64,000 nucleotides of DNA from Pavona decussata (lineage: Eukaryota): the NCBI GenBank assembly GCA_977016875.1, contig CDRNST010000088.1:2604001-2668000 (forward strand). The letters are read 5' to 3'. Positions within the stretch are counted from its first letter, which is position 1. Each line of letters begins with the position of its first letter. Below the pieces are notes generated by a model, which did not search any database, had not been told where the DNA came from, and worked only from the letters and a program-made list of their open reading frames with translations. Positions 62,650 through 64,000 of the stretch are shown here, piece by piece. A program made the position numbers and the translations under genes.

Positions 62650-64000
62650 ATGTTATATGTTCTTAGTATGTTTTCATCTGTCTTAGGGGATCCCGCTGCT
62701 GCTGATGACATCATTCTGTACAAAGTAGAATGCCGAGATGGGAGGAATATTGAATCTTCCAGCTCAGAGTTAAAAAGCGTTTTTACCTCTCAATGGCCAA
62801 TCCACCAGTCCTTTTCTTGCCCTTAAGCAAAGCATCATGGAACGTTTCTGTCTTAAGGAGCTCTCCAAATAATATTACTACGACGGCTACGATGTCATGC
62901 TCGTCAGTAACGATGCTAATCTCATTGTCTGCCTAAGATTTTTTAGAAGTTGTGCCATCGAATACAGCAACTGGCGTAGCTTAGCGCAGCTCTATGCTAT
63001 CGTCCAACTAGACAGGGACGCTCCGAAACGTACATCTAGTGATGAGGAAGTCACAATAACTATTGCAAGCTCAGAACTTGTGCATAATATTGTTTTGGGT
63101 GTGGCATCTGCGCTTTCGTTTGGAACCCTTTCACAAAGTGATGAGAAACACGTCCGCTTCACCTTTAGAGTTTGCAGTAAGTACGGGGGAAACTTTTTTT
63201 GTAGTGTCCCCAAAGAAAGTTTTCTGCAAGTCTTGCGGCGTTACATTGAAGTTAAACAAGACGTACCAAATGTGTAACTTGACTGACCATGTGCTGAAAG
63301 CCCGATGCTGTAGAGTGAATAGCTTTCTGGGAACCCATTTCTTACTCAAGGGCTGTGATGTCTTCAAGATTAAGAAAGAGATACTGCAGATTACAAGTTT
63401 AGTAGCAGATACCAAGAACTCAGAAGTTCTGGGATTGATTTCCGGGCTGTCGTCACTTCCTCTAAACATACTAGTCATCCTTGAAGAATTGAAGAATCTT
63501 CTGCAAGAGTCCTATCCTGCTGTTTACCACAAATGCACTGATAGAATGAAGACGCTGAAGGGTCTTTTGCAACTGTGGAACAGCTATTAAGAAATAGTAG
63601 ATTCATCTGTTGCTGACAAGATTGTGAAGTGTAGCGTCAACATTGACAGTTTTGATGAAGCATCTGCACTTCTCTTCTTTAATACTTCGTCGCAAGTCCT
63701 TGATAAAGAGCACGTCTTTTATCAACAAACACATGCTTTTCTTTGGGAATGTCTTAACAACGGCCGGCTAACAAACTGTTCGGACAAGTACCAGACACTT
63801 AGTAGATTCCAAGAGCGACTGCAGTTTAAGTTTGGAAAATCGTGCAGTTACTTTTTAAGAGGTTTCGCCGGAGGTGGCAAGGGCAAAAAAACAGGCTCTC
63901 TTACGTTTAGGGAGTACGTCACAAGTCACAATTTCAGCCTGATGCACCCAACTCTGTATCAAGAAACAGTCCCTCTTCTGACCTGAAGAGCCAGATTTAC
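62650..64000 (+). pseudogene. Decayed zinc-finger ORF, possibly the N-terminal half of a DNA transposase
   Basis: Chain of overlapping ORFs: VFCKSCG...NLTDHV...C, then KFGKSCSYFLRGFAGGG...HNF. No catalytic motif is reached inside the window. Confidence 0.4.

Overview
Eukaryotic, AT-rich, transposon-dense window. The repeat families and spliced genes suggest a cnidarian, probably a stony coral (inference). It holds almost no intact host genes and consists largely of nested mobile elements. From left to right: (1) the open 5' part of a Sola-like transposase ORF that runs off the window edge and is missed by the ORF track; (2) an internally deleted tyrosine-recombinase (DIRS/Ngaro-type) retroelement at 1797-7789 with short inverted ends, an SGNH-hydrolase ORF and about 95 tandem stem-loops sharing one loop; (3) a SWIM-finger pseudogene and an L2 3' end; (4) an ISL2EU transposon (THAP-DDE transposase plus SWIM-YqaJ-PHD-Ulp1 ORF, AT TSD) nested in a pogo-like element; (5) MITEs, Penelope and Gypsy remnants; (6) a Gmr1-type Gypsy LTR element at 32783-54281 (ATGT TSD, tRNA-Pro PBS, integrase upstream of RT) inflated to 21.5 kb by nested insertions. 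The largest insertion is about 14.9 kb, has Helitron2/Helentron-like ends, and carries a spliced RAG1/Transib-like DDE gene fused to a Ulp1-type protease, hairpin minisatellites and a protein kinase pseudogene; (7) a CR1-group LINE and zinc-finger pseudogenes. The best candidates for new biology are the RAG1-like/Ulp1 cargo element and the hairpin array in the YR retroelement. All family calls come from motif recognition by eye, not database searches.
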